This document shows, piece after piece, positions 32,024 through 39,017 of a stretch of DNA of 64,000 bases; the first letter of the stretch is position 1, and every line of letters begins with the position of its first letter. The stretch comes from a virus. Lineage: Duplodnaviria; Caudoviricetes. The stretch is from the IMG/VR virus record IMGVR_UViG_3300008448_000044, positions 1 through 64,000 of that record. The stretch is one strand, 5' to 3'. Position numbers and translations under genes: made by a program. The notes beneath the pieces were generated by a model, which was not told the DNA's origin, did not search any database, and saw only the letters and a program-made list of their open reading frames with translations.

Positions 32024-32053
32024 TTGTCAATCAAGAAACTTTTACTAAGTTTG
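32024..32053 (+). promoter_or_regulatory. Bacteroidota sigmaA-type promoter of tRNA array 1
   Basis: TTG...TAAGTTTG (-33/-7 consensus TTTG / TAnnTTTG). Confidence 0.65.
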
Positions 32054-32088
32054 TAATAGTTATTAGAAAACAAATTAAAATAGAAACA

Positions 32089-32193
32089 ATGAGAACAATT
32101 AATAAACATATGGTCATTATTAGCAAGTCGCAGTTTAGAAATTGCTGGTATCCGCGTGTTCAGATTAATGGTTCGGATTTGTGTATAGGTTAA
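32089..32193 (+). CDS. putative attenuator leader peptide 1 (MRTINKHMVIISKSQFRNCWYPRVQINGSDLCIG)
   Basis: 34-codon ORF between promoter and terminator; codons match tRNAs of downstream array; contains strand complementary to the terminator. Confidence 0.8.
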   Translation: MRTINKHMVIISKSQFRNCWYPRVQINGSDLCIG

Positions 32194-32218
32194 AATTGAG
32201 TTAAACGTAACAAGATAT

Positions 32219-32256
32219 AACCCCGAACCAACACAAGGTTCGGGGTTTTTTGTTTT
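32219..32256 (+). terminator. attenuator terminator 1
   Basis: AACCCCGAACC-aacacaa-GGTTCGGGGTT plus U-tract; 5' arm can alternatively pair with TGGTTCGG at 32169-32176. Confidence 0.9.
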
Positions 32257-32258
32257 AA

Positions 32259-32282
32259 GTTCTTTGACATATTGGTTTGAAA
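32259..32282 (+). promoter_or_regulatory. boxA-like antitermination element
   Basis: GTTCTTTGACATATTGGTTTGAAA, identical at 36699-36722; resembles rrn boxA. Confidence 0.7.
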
Positions 32283-32290
32283 GTTTAAAT

Positions 32291-32374
32291 TGTCCTGTAG
32301 TGTAATTGGCAACACACCTGATTTTGGCTCAGGAATCCGCAAGGTGTATCCAGGTTCGAGTCCTGGCGGGACAA
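32291..32374 (+). tRNA. tRNA-Gln(TTG) with long variable arm
   Basis: CCTGA-TTTTGGC-TCAGG arm; variable region AATCCGCAAGGTGTAT. Confidence 0.85.
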
Positions 32375-32376
32375 CA

Positions 32377-32452
32377 GATGGCGTGGCTTAGAGGAAAAGA
32401 GTTTTCTCTCATAAGGAAGACCAAGTGGGTTCGAAACCCATACACGTCACCG
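32377..32452 (+). tRNA. degenerate tRNA-Met(CAT)-like
   Basis: CTCATAA loop, GTGGG-TTCGAAA-CCCAT T-arm; irregular acceptor junction. Confidence 0.55.
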
Positions 32453-32458
32453 AATAAT

Positions 32459-32530
32459 AGCCCTTTAGCTTAAAGGAGAAGCACTTGTTTTACATACAAG
32501 ATAGTGTAGGTTCGAGTCCTACAGGGGCTA
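32459..32530 (+). tRNA. tRNA-Val(TAC)
   Basis: CTTGT-TTTACAT-ACAAG arm. Confidence 0.9.
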
Positions 32531-32539
32531 CAATAAATT

Positions 32540-32612
32540 GGAGAGGTTGCCAAGTTGGTCAAGGCACTGGACTGAAAATCCAGCTATGTGGGTTCGATTC
32601 CCACCCTCTCCA
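32540..32612 (+). tRNA. tRNA-Phe(GAA)
   Basis: CTGGA-CTGAAAA-TCCAG arm. Confidence 0.9.
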
Positions 32613-32689
32613 CGGAGTCCTGAATTAACAGGAGACCCCCACTCCCATATGGCAGTCAGTCCGTTAACCTGATGAAGTGGGGTTTTTAT

Positions 32690-32767
32690 GGAGTATATAG
32701 TGTCAGTGGTTGAGCACGTTAGTTTGTGGTACTAATAGGGTGAGTTCGAATCTCACTATACTCCCCA
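32690..32767 (+). tRNA. tRNA-His(GTG)
   Basis: TTAGT-TTGTGGT-ACTAA arm; G-1:C73; encoded CCA. Confidence 0.92.
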
Positions 32768-32830
32768 CCCCCCGAGTTTTGGAGCTGGTACCTCCTTTTA
32801 CCCGAATTGAAATGAAAAACTACCAAATTT

Positions 32831-32917
32831 GGAAGTGGTCTGAATGGACGAAGAGCTTGTCTTGAAAACAAGTAGTACCTTAACTGTGTATTGGGGGTTC
32901 GATTCCCTCCGCTTCCG
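32831..32917 (+). tRNA. tRNA-Ser(TGA)
   Basis: CTTGT-CTTGAAA-ACAAG arm; long variable arm; G73. Confidence 0.9.
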
Positions 32918-32923
32918 CAACTT

Positions 32924-32996
32924 AGTCTCTTGGTGTAACGGATAAGCACCTATCGCTACGGACGATAAAGTTTGGGTTCGAATCCCAAGGAGACTA
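32924..32996 (+). tRNA. tRNA-Arg(ACG)
   Basis: TATCG-CTACGGA-CGATA arm. Confidence 0.9.
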
Positions 32997-33037
32997 CAAC
33001 ATCCGATGTGTGTTCCCGAGCTAGGTCGGGATAAAAT

Positions 33038-33125
33038 GGAAGATTACTCAAATTGGTAAAGAGGCTTGTTTGCTAAACAAGTAGGTCTGAAATATGATAC
33101 GTAGGTTCGAACCCTACATCTTCCG
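33038..33125 (+). tRNA. tRNA-Ser(GCT)
   Basis: CTTGT-TTGCTAA-ACAAG arm; long variable arm. Confidence 0.9.
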
Positions 33126-33132
33126 CAACAAT

Positions 33133-33205
33133 GGTTCTGTAGTTCAATTGGAAGAACAAGGCTCTTCTAAGGCTTCGGTTGGGGGTTCGAATCCCTCCAG
33201 AATCA
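33133..33205 (+). tRNA. tRNA-Arg(TCT), second copy
   Basis: AGGCT-CTTCTAA-GGCTT arm. Confidence 0.85.
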
Positions 33206-33218
33206 CTAAAATAAATAA

Positions 33219-33290
33219 CGGGGTGTAGTCTCGGGGAGAGACGCGTGTTTTGGGAACACGAGGCGGCTGGTTCGACTCCAGTCACCCCGA
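33219..33290 (+). tRNA. tRNA-Pro(TGG)
   Basis: CGTGT-TTTGGGA-ACACG arm; C1:G72, A73. Confidence 0.9.
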
Positions 33291-33305
33291 CTAATAATTA
33301 AAATT

Positions 33306-33515
33306 ATGTTTGGATTTAGAAAAACATTAACTAACGAGGAATGTGAAATAGTCATGTTAAAAGGAAAGTTAGAAGGACTGACCAATTATCATGAGGGTTT
33401 AACTAAAGTTAGTGAAAGACCTGATAATAGAAGTGATTTATCAGAAGAAATTAAAAGAGTTAAAAATGAAATCATTATGATTGAAGGAACTCTAAAAAAA
33501 ATGAAAAAAAATTAG
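33306..33515 (+). CDS. small coiled-coil hypothetical protein within tRNA array
   Basis: 69-aa ORF filling inter-tRNA gap. Confidence 0.55.
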   Translation: MFGFRKTLTNEECEIVMLKGKLEGLTNYHEGLTKVSERPDNRSDLSEEIKRVKNEIIMIEGTLKKMKKN

Positions 33516-33572
33516 TAAAACAGAACGATATATACCAAAAAATGGTTACTTTTGTTCTATAAAACTAAATAT

Positions 33573-33645
33573 TGTGATGTGTCCGAGTGGTTTAGGAACT
33601 ATCCTGATACGATAGTCTACGTGGGTTCGAGTCCCACCGTCACAA
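33573..33645 (+). tRNA. tRNA-Ile(GAT)
   Basis: CTATC-CTGATAC-GATAG arm. Confidence 0.85.
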
Positions 33646-33647
33646 CG

Positions 33648-33791
33648 AAAACTGTAGTAAAATAAGAGTTACTTCGTCTGTTAAACGAGTGGTCGTAGGT
33701 TCGAATCCTACCTTTGAACACAGTCTTAAGTGACACGTTCAGAGTAGCTCAGGGGTAGAGTACTAAATCTCTCTTATGATTTTCTCAGTTT
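33648..33791 (+). ncRNA. circularly permuted tRNA-Asn(GTT)-like RNA / YrlA-like Y RNA
   Basis: Order is anticodon arm, T arm, acceptor 3' strand, linker, acceptor 5' strand, D arm, all enclosed by an outer stem (AAAACTG/CAGTTTT, ATAAGAG/CTCTTAT). Confidence 0.75.
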
Positions 33792-33796
33792 TAATT

Positions 33797-33872
33797 GTCT
33801 TCGTAGCTCAGCTGGTTTTAGAGCATTCCACTTTTAATGGAAGGGTCACAGATTCGAATTCTGTCGGGGACA
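33797..33872 (+). tRNA. tRNA-Lys(TTT)
   Basis: TTCCA-CTTTTAA-TGGAA arm. Confidence 0.9.
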
Positions 33873-33887
33873 CAAATTAACAACACA

Positions 33888-34289
33888 ATGCACAGTACTG
33901 CAAACAAAGAAAAATGTCTTAATGGTAAATCCTTAGAAGACGACTTTCAAAACCTAACAGGGTTAAAGAAAATGTTAAAAAAAGAAAAACCATTCTTTAT
34001 TAATTCTTTAGGTAAAAAACAAATTATTGATTTTGATTTTAAAACTGAAATTAATGGTGTTGATGTCTTTATTGACTTAACAACAACATTCAGAAGTGAC
34101 AGATTAAAACAAAAGGCATATAATGCGATTATGTATAAAACTAAACTTAACCCAAATTGTAAGTTTTATATGGGAGTTGGAAAATTAATTGAAAACGGGA
34201 AAAAGAAAAATCCGATTTTAATCGAAGGGATTGATGGTGTAATCTTGGTAGATGATTTAATCGGAATGATAAAACGGACAGATGCCTGA
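33888..34289 (+). CDS. putative PD-(D/E)xK nuclease inserted in tRNA array
   Basis: GKSLE...IIDFD...FIDLTTTFRSDRLKQ resembles restriction-endonuclease-type active-site motifs; stop lies inside tRNA-Cys. Confidence 0.55.
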   Translation: MHSTANKEKCLNGKSLEDDFQNLTGLKKMLKKEKPFFINSLGKKQIIDFDFKTEINGVDVFIDLTTTFRSDRLKQKAYNAIMYKTKLNPNCKFYMGVGKLIENGKKKNPILIEGIDGVILVDDLIGMIKRTDA

Positions 34290-34349
34290 GTGGTTTAAAG
34301 GGGTGGACTGCAAATCCATTATTCGGGGGTTCAAATCCCTCTCTGTCCT
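34276..34349 (+). tRNA. tRNA-Cys(GCA)
   Basis: GTGGA-CTGCAAA-TCCAT arm; U73. Confidence 0.92.
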
Positions 34350-34350
34350 C

Positions 34351-34506
34351 AATGAAGTAGTCAAAAGCGTAGGTAATCAAGCGTGGAGAGACGTGTCGCA
34401 AGGGTACACACTAAGGATAAGTAGAAATACTCAACTCTCTAATGGTGTGTGAAGTAGAAACATAAGAACCTACAGGATTCCTGATAAAGATTATCACTAT
34501 TTCATT
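34351..34506 (+). ncRNA. unassigned structured RNA
   Basis: Terminal helix AATGAAGTAG/CTATTTCATT, inner GTAGGT/ACCTAC; no ORF; sits between tRNAs. Confidence 0.5.
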
Positions 34507-34510
34507 AATT

Positions 34511-34583
34511 GCATCTTTGGTGTAACGGATTAGCATAAGTGACTCCAAATCTCTTGGTCAGGGTTCGAATCCCTGGGGATGCG
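34511..34583 (+). tRNA. tRNA-Trp(CCA)
   Basis: CTCCAAA loop; G73. Confidence 0.88.
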
Positions 34584-34589
34584 CAAAAT

Positions 34590-34662
34590 GACTCAGTAGC
34601 TCAATTGGTGGAGCCCCATACTGTTAATATGGTCGTTACAGGTTCAAGTCCTGTCTGAGTCG
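34590..34662 (+). tRNA. tRNA-Asn(GTT)
   Basis: CCATA-CTGTTAA-TATGG arm; G73. Confidence 0.9.
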
Positions 34663-34742
34663 CAAATATTTTTCATTGTTAATGTTGTGAGAATGGAAAA
34701 AAGTTGTATCTTTGTCAAACAAACAACTTAAAACTATACACC

Positions 34743-35189
34743 ATGACATCTACAATAATCAACGTAAACACAGGAACATTAGCAGGAGAGGTATTTTACG
34801 GAAACTTCAACACTACCGTAAAAGGTAAAAGAATTTCAGTTTCAGTTTCAAACCACCTTAAAGACGCAGATAAAGAATACGAATTCCGTATCGCAAATAA
34901 ATGTCAAGCAGGATTCATCAATATCCACGACACTAAAGGAACTGCGGCGGGTGTTATCCGTGGATACCAAAAAAACTCATTGGTTAATATCCAAGCAAAA
35001 AATGAGTATGGTCAATGGATGAACGTTTACACTGTCAAAGGAGGTAAATGGTATTCAATCGACAAAGGGTTTTTGGATGTGTTGACTGTTGGGACAATGA
35101 GAGAGTCTTTCCCTGACATGTGTGACATGGAACTTTGGGGTAGAATGGGAGCAAAAACTTGGGCGGACAAGGCGTTTGTACAGAATTAA
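34743..35189 (+). CDS. hypothetical protein
   Basis: 148 aa; own TATCTTTG promoter at ~34708. Confidence 0.7.
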   Translation: MTSTIINVNTGTLAGEVFYGNFNTTVKGKRISVSVSNHLKDADKEYEFRIANKCQAGFINIHDTKGTAAGVIRGYQKNSLVNIQAKNEYGQWMNVYTVKGGKWYSIDKGFLDVLTVGTMRESFPDMCDMELWGRMGAKTWADKAFVQN

Positions 35190-35210
35190 AAATTAATAAA
35201 ACAATAGAAT

Positions 35211-35510
35211 ATGTCTTTTAAGAGCGAATTATTGTACAAGTCATCCAATATTGGAAAATATGAACTACACCTTGATGGTTCAACAGGATGGGGAATTTTA
35301 TTTCCAAACGGGTATATTGAAGTTGAGGAAGGTCCGCATGATTGTGTTGGATTTATGAGAGGAGAAGTAAATGGGATTTCTGTATATTCAGAAGGTTACA
35401 ACGTCCCAAGAATTCCTGGGTCATATTGGATGGGTGATATGTCTGATGGGGAGTTGTTAAAATTTTTTGATGAGGTTGTTTTAAAATATAGTCAGGTGTC
35501 GAAATGGTAG
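35211..35510 (+). CDS. hypothetical protein
   Basis: 99 aa; stop inside the downstream tRNA-like element. Confidence 0.55.
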   Translation: MSFKSELLYKSSNIGKYELHLDGSTGWGILFPNGYIEVEEGPHDCVGFMRGEVNGISVYSEGYNVPRIPGSYWMGDMSDGELLKFFDEVVLKYSQVSKW

Positions 35511-35592
35511 ACGAGCCTCAACACCCTGGGGTTGAGACATTAAATGAGGGATAACAATGGGTCTCTTACAGGTTCGAGTCCTGTCCTGACTA
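35490..35592 (+). ncRNA. tRNA-like RNA (AGTCAGG/CCTGACT acceptor) with aberrant anticodon arm
   Basis: Intact acceptor, D-loop (AAATGGTAGAC) and T-arm; expanded anticodon region. Confidence 0.7.
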
Positions 35593-35595
35593 CAT

Positions 35596-35730
35596 AGGTT
35601 GATTGGGGAATGGTGATACCTATGACACGAGAGTGTGTATCGGTCGGCATCATCGGAGTTTGCAGGTACACACCGAAGTAATGCCAATCGTAAAAGAGGA
35701 TGTCCACTGAACCATCTTCCTCTTTCCTAA
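35596..35730 (+). ncRNA. unassigned structured RNA
   Basis: Outer helix GGGAATGGT/ACCATCTTCC; inner GATAC/GTATC and GGCAT/ATGCC helices. Confidence 0.5.
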
Positions 35731-35733
35731 ATT

Positions 35734-35814
35734 GGGAGTGTTAAGCAACGGTTGCTTAGCTGACTGTAAATCAGTGGTCTTACGACATTGGGGGTTCGAA
35801 TCCCTCCACTCCCA
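35734..35814 (+). tRNA. tRNA-Tyr(GTA)
   Basis: GCTGA-CTGTAAA-TCAGT arm; variable arm. Confidence 0.9.
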
Positions 35815-35829
35815 CAAAAATTTTTCAAA

Positions 35830-36444
35830 TCATTTGTCTTTCTTTTTGTAGATTTTTGGAGGTAAAGGTGGGTCTAAAAGAAATTTGTCATTTATCCAAT
35901 TTCTAAGTTCATTTTCGACAAAAAATTCAGGAACTTCGTCATCATCTGATTTTGATGATGCCAAATCTGAAATATAGTCGGCGAACTTAAGTTTGTATTT
36001 GTCATCCATCATTGTCATCAAACCATCAGTCATAAAAAAAACTCTGGATAATGGGTCTTCAATATTTAATTCACCTTCTGCTAAATTAAATGATTTCATA
36101 ATTACTTTACCCCACCAAGTTTTATAGTTTTGAGTTTCAACAATAGTTGGTCGGATTATTTTATTGAATGCTCTTAAAGACGACCCAATAAACCCCGCAA
36201 TTGCAATTTGTGGTAAAAACCAAGGTAATAATCTAATTAACGCTTTAAATCCTCCCTCACCAACACCTTTCCATAAACGCTCATTTTTTGCAGAATCAAC
36301 TAACGCCTTTAGTTGACCGAATGTTATTTTACCCTGAGCACTACAGAATTGTTTGGATTTACAAATATTGTTTACCGCGCTTTTAGAGGGTTCAATCTCC
36401 TCCATTAACATTAATATTTGTGATTCTGTTAATATCAACCTCAT
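35830..36444 (-). CDS. hypothetical protein (probable virion-internal)
   Basis: N-terminus MRLILTESQILMLMEE; separates the two tRNA arrays. Confidence 0.7.
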   Translation of the reverse strand: MRLILTESQILMLMEEIEPSKSAVNNICKSKQFCSAQGKITFGQLKALVDSAKNERLWKGVGEGGFKALIRLLPWFLPQIAIAGFIGSSLRAFNKIIRPTIVETQNYKTWWGKVIMKSFNLAEGELNIEDPLSRVFFMTDGLMTMMDDKYKLKFADYISDLASSKSDDDEVPEFFVENELRNWINDKFLLDPPLPPKIYKKKDK

Positions 36445-36527
36445 ATTAATAAATATGATATTTTACCTAAAACTTGACACTTTTAAAAAGTTGTATATAT
36501 TTAATTAAAAAACAAACAACGCAAAAA

Positions 36528-36599
36528 ATGAAAAATTTAAATATCATACTTTTAGGCGGGACTGAAGCGGATACACGTTTTAGAACGGAGATGGTATGA
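36528..36599 (+). CDS. putative attenuator leader peptide 2 (MKNLNIILLGGTEADTRFRTEMV)
   Basis: 23-codon ORF upstream of terminator; codons match tRNAs of array 2; GGAGATGG complementary to the terminator 5' arm. Confidence 0.78.
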   Translation: MKNLNIILLGGTEADTRFRTEMV

Positions 36600-36622
36600 T
36601 ATGACGTGAAATAAACTGACTG

Positions 36623-36658
36623 AAACCCATCTCCAAAAAAGATGGGTTTTTTCTTTTT
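36623..36658 (+). terminator. attenuator terminator 2
   Basis: AAACCCATCT-ccaaaaa-AGATGGGTTT plus U-tract. Confidence 0.9.
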
Positions 36659-36698
36659 ATACGTTTTGTGAATTGAAATTTTTTTGTAACTTTGTAAT

Positions 36699-36722
36699 GT
36701 TCTTTGACATATTGGTTTGAAA
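36699..36722 (+). promoter_or_regulatory. boxA-like element (preceded by TAACTTTG promoter at 36687-36694)
   Basis: Exact 24-nt repeat of 32259-32282. Confidence 0.7.
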
Positions 36723-36727
36723 AGTAA

Positions 36728-36799
36728 GGTCTATTGGTGTAGTGGCTAACATACATCCCTGTCACGGATGTGCCGCGAGTTCGATTCTCGCATAGACCG
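36728..36799 (+). tRNA. tRNA-Asp(GTC)
   Basis: CATCC-CTGTCAC-GGATG arm; G73. Confidence 0.92.
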
Positions 36800-36805
36800 C
36801 AATAT

Positions 36806-36882
36806 CGCGGGTTATGGAAGTGGTCTATCCGCCAGGTCTCATAAGCCAGGAATCGGGGGTTCGAATCCCTCACCCGCTACCA
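36806..36882 (+). tRNA. tRNA-Met(CAT), initiator-like
   Basis: C1:U72 mismatch, CTCATAA loop, encoded CCA. Confidence 0.8.
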
Positions 36883-36885
36883 AAT

Positions 36886-36964
36886 GGGGGTACATGTACC
36901 AAGGCTTTGGCGATGTCGATTTGCAATCAACGTGAGGTGGGTTCGATTCCCACTATCTCCACCA
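36886..36964 (+). tRNA. tRNA-Ala(TGC)
   Basis: TTTGCAA loop; G3:U70; encoded CCA; atypical D arm. Confidence 0.85.
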
Positions 36965-37199
36965 AATAAACGAGTAAAACAAAGAATGATGAGAGAAGTT
37001 TTGTCAGGAACTCTCAAATCAGGTAAAAGAAATTTTGTAAAGGTAAATCAAGATAATAATCTGATTGAGAGTTTGAAAAAAACGCTTAAAAGAACGAAGT
37101 ACAAGTTCAGAGTGAGGAGCGGGTCTCACAAAAGTAATTAAATAAAGAGGAACAACTTGTGTAGAAGCCTCAGGGAACTGCAGTCCCACTACACTCTAA

Positions 37200-37272
37200 G
37201 CGGGTGTCGTATAACGGCATATTATATTAGACTTCCACTCTAAGGATGAGGGTTCGACTCCCTCCACCCGCT
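37200..37272 (+). tRNA. tRNA-Gly(TCC)
   Basis: TTAGA-CTTCCAC-TCTAA arm; U73. Confidence 0.92.
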
Positions 37273-37293
37273 CTAATTTAAATTTAAAAGAAA

Positions 37294-37563
37294 ATGAAAA
37301 AAGTGTTTTTTATCTTGGGAATTGTTTCCCTATTTGGAATGTCGTCTTGTACTGAGAATTCGCGAGTAAAGAATTGGGGAGGGGAAGGTACATTAACCTT
37401 ACCTAAAGGTCAAAAATTGGTAAATGTAACTTGGAAAGAAAGTCAGATTTGGTATCTTACAAGGTCTATGAAAGAAACTGACTCTGCCGAAGTTTATATA
37501 TTTCATGAAGAGTCTTCTTACGGTATGATGGAAGGAACTTACAAAATCGTGGAGGTGAAATAA
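37294..37563 (+). CDS. small lipoprotein
   Basis: Signal peptide with lipobox-like MSSC. Confidence 0.75.
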   Translation: MKKVFFILGIVSLFGMSSCTENSRVKNWGGEGTLTLPKGQKLVNVTWKESQIWYLTRSMKETDSAEVYIFHEESSYGMMEGTYKIVEVK

Positions 37564-37778
37564 GAATCCTTATGAGATTAGGTTTTAAAACAAAAAGATT
37601 TTTGATTAAAAACAGAGAAAATATCGTATACCTATACATGGGAATAATTTTTTTAATTTTTTTACTTACGGTTTTTTTGTAGTTTAAAAAAAAGTTGTAT
37701 CTTTGTAATGTTGTTAAGGGGGACGGAAGTATTAAAGTGATGGTGTTCCGTCCCCCGAATAAGAGAAAAAGTTCTTTG

Positions 37779-38070
37779 AAAGGTTGTGATTTATTACACT
37801 AAAGCGAGGGGGAAAACTTTAGGTAGTATGTGTTGAACTAGATTGCTCCGACTAGCGTGGGTATACTCACGAAGCATTTAACAATGGAGTAATGATGCTT
37901 ACACATATAAATCCCAACCATTTTTAAAATATTGATAGTGGTCACTCTTACAATGAAAGTCGACAGAGTAGTTGTAAGGTAACATAGTGTCAGCACCCTC
38001 GGCCAGTGCACTGATAAAACTCAGAAGATGCCGTTAAGATTGGAGCGAGATGGGTACTCCAACACTATCA
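37779..38070 (+). ncRNA. two unassigned structured RNAs
   Basis: Helices GGTTG.GATTT/AAATC.CAACC (37782-37919) and TGATAGTG/CACTATCA (37933-38070); follow promoter, hairpin and boxA. Confidence 0.5.
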
Positions 38071-38138
38071 TCTTACTGAATGAACAACGCGACCGCAGGA
38101 GTTGTACCTTTATGGTTTTGTAATGTGGTTTTTTAAAT

Positions 38139-38212
38139 GTCGCGTTAGACGAGCGGTTTAAGTCGTCACCCTTTCAAGGTGAAAATCACGGGTTCGAATC
38201 CCGTACGCGATA
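38139..38212 (+). tRNA. tRNA-Glu(TTC)
   Basis: TCACC-CTTTCAA-GGTGA arm. Confidence 0.92.
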
Positions 38213-38269
38213 CAAACTTCAATAGGAGTACCTGTTCAAGGGATGTTGTAATTCCCCTATTGATTAAAA

Positions 38270-38356
38270 ACCACTGTTGAAAGTTACTATTGGATAGGAC
38301 GAACAGGAGGGTGACCGATACGTAAGGTCTTTGGGGTTCAAATCCCACCAGTGGTC
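38270..38356 (+). ncRNA. degenerate tRNA-like element
   Basis: ACCACTG/CAGTGGT acceptor-like helix and GGG-TTCAAAT-CCC T-arm; no clear anticodon arm. Confidence 0.45.
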
Positions 38357-38724
38357 AATGAGTAAGAGATACTCACCGAGTTTTTAAGTTCTCTCAAGAC
38401 TTAACGAATTTGGTACTACCACGTTACGGGGTACTCGTTGGGAATAAGGCTGGAAAATCCTCCTCGCCCCCAAGTAAGGATTGACGTTTAAGTGGTAAGA
38501 CACGTTGGGTTTTGAAATAGGAAAACTGTGAATATCCACTCACCTGTAATCTCAAGGTGGGGTTTTGTGAGAGTAATCGGTCGAGCCACATTTAGCCGTT
38601 AATCACACAAATGGTTTGGGAACAGAGGTGGCCGTGACTTTTCCAAATCTAGCCAACCAAGCTATACTACGATACGGGCTCATACCTGTGGGTTAGGGGT
38701 GACGTTCAGGAGAGACTGAAACGG

Positions 38725-38802
38725 AGTCAGGAGCGTAATGAGGTATGGCACCGAGTCCTGTGAAAAGGTTGCTCATTGTGGGTTCGAATCCCTCCCTGAC
38801 TA
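38725..38802 (+). ncRNA. tRNA-like RNA, AGTCAGG family
   Basis: AGTCAGG/CCTGACT-A acceptor, GGTTCGAATCC T-arm, non-canonical middle. Confidence 0.6.
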
Positions 38803-39017
38803 CGAGTCGCTTTTTCGTGGTCTGTTGTTAGACGGTGGTTTTAGGCGTGATGTAAAACCGATAACTTTAAGTAGTTTGTATAATATAACAACTCCGTTTA
38901 ATAGTTTCGGGTATAGAAAAAGTAGGTCTTTTTTACATGGAAAGAGTTTTTGACGTTCAAAAAAACTAATAAAATTAGTAGGGAATAAAAGGGAGTTACT
39001 CGCTCCCTTCCCGAAAT

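Noticed and set aside
32668-32680. CTGATGA hammerhead-like core
   Set aside because: No correctly placed GAAA or stem II/III.
32719-33285. Minus-strand ORFs over tRNA array 1 (similar shadow ORFs at 34147, 35481, 36580, 36884, 38166, 38738, 39636-40131, 51698)
   Set aside because: They overlap tRNA or ncRNA genes and are artefacts of locally higher GC.
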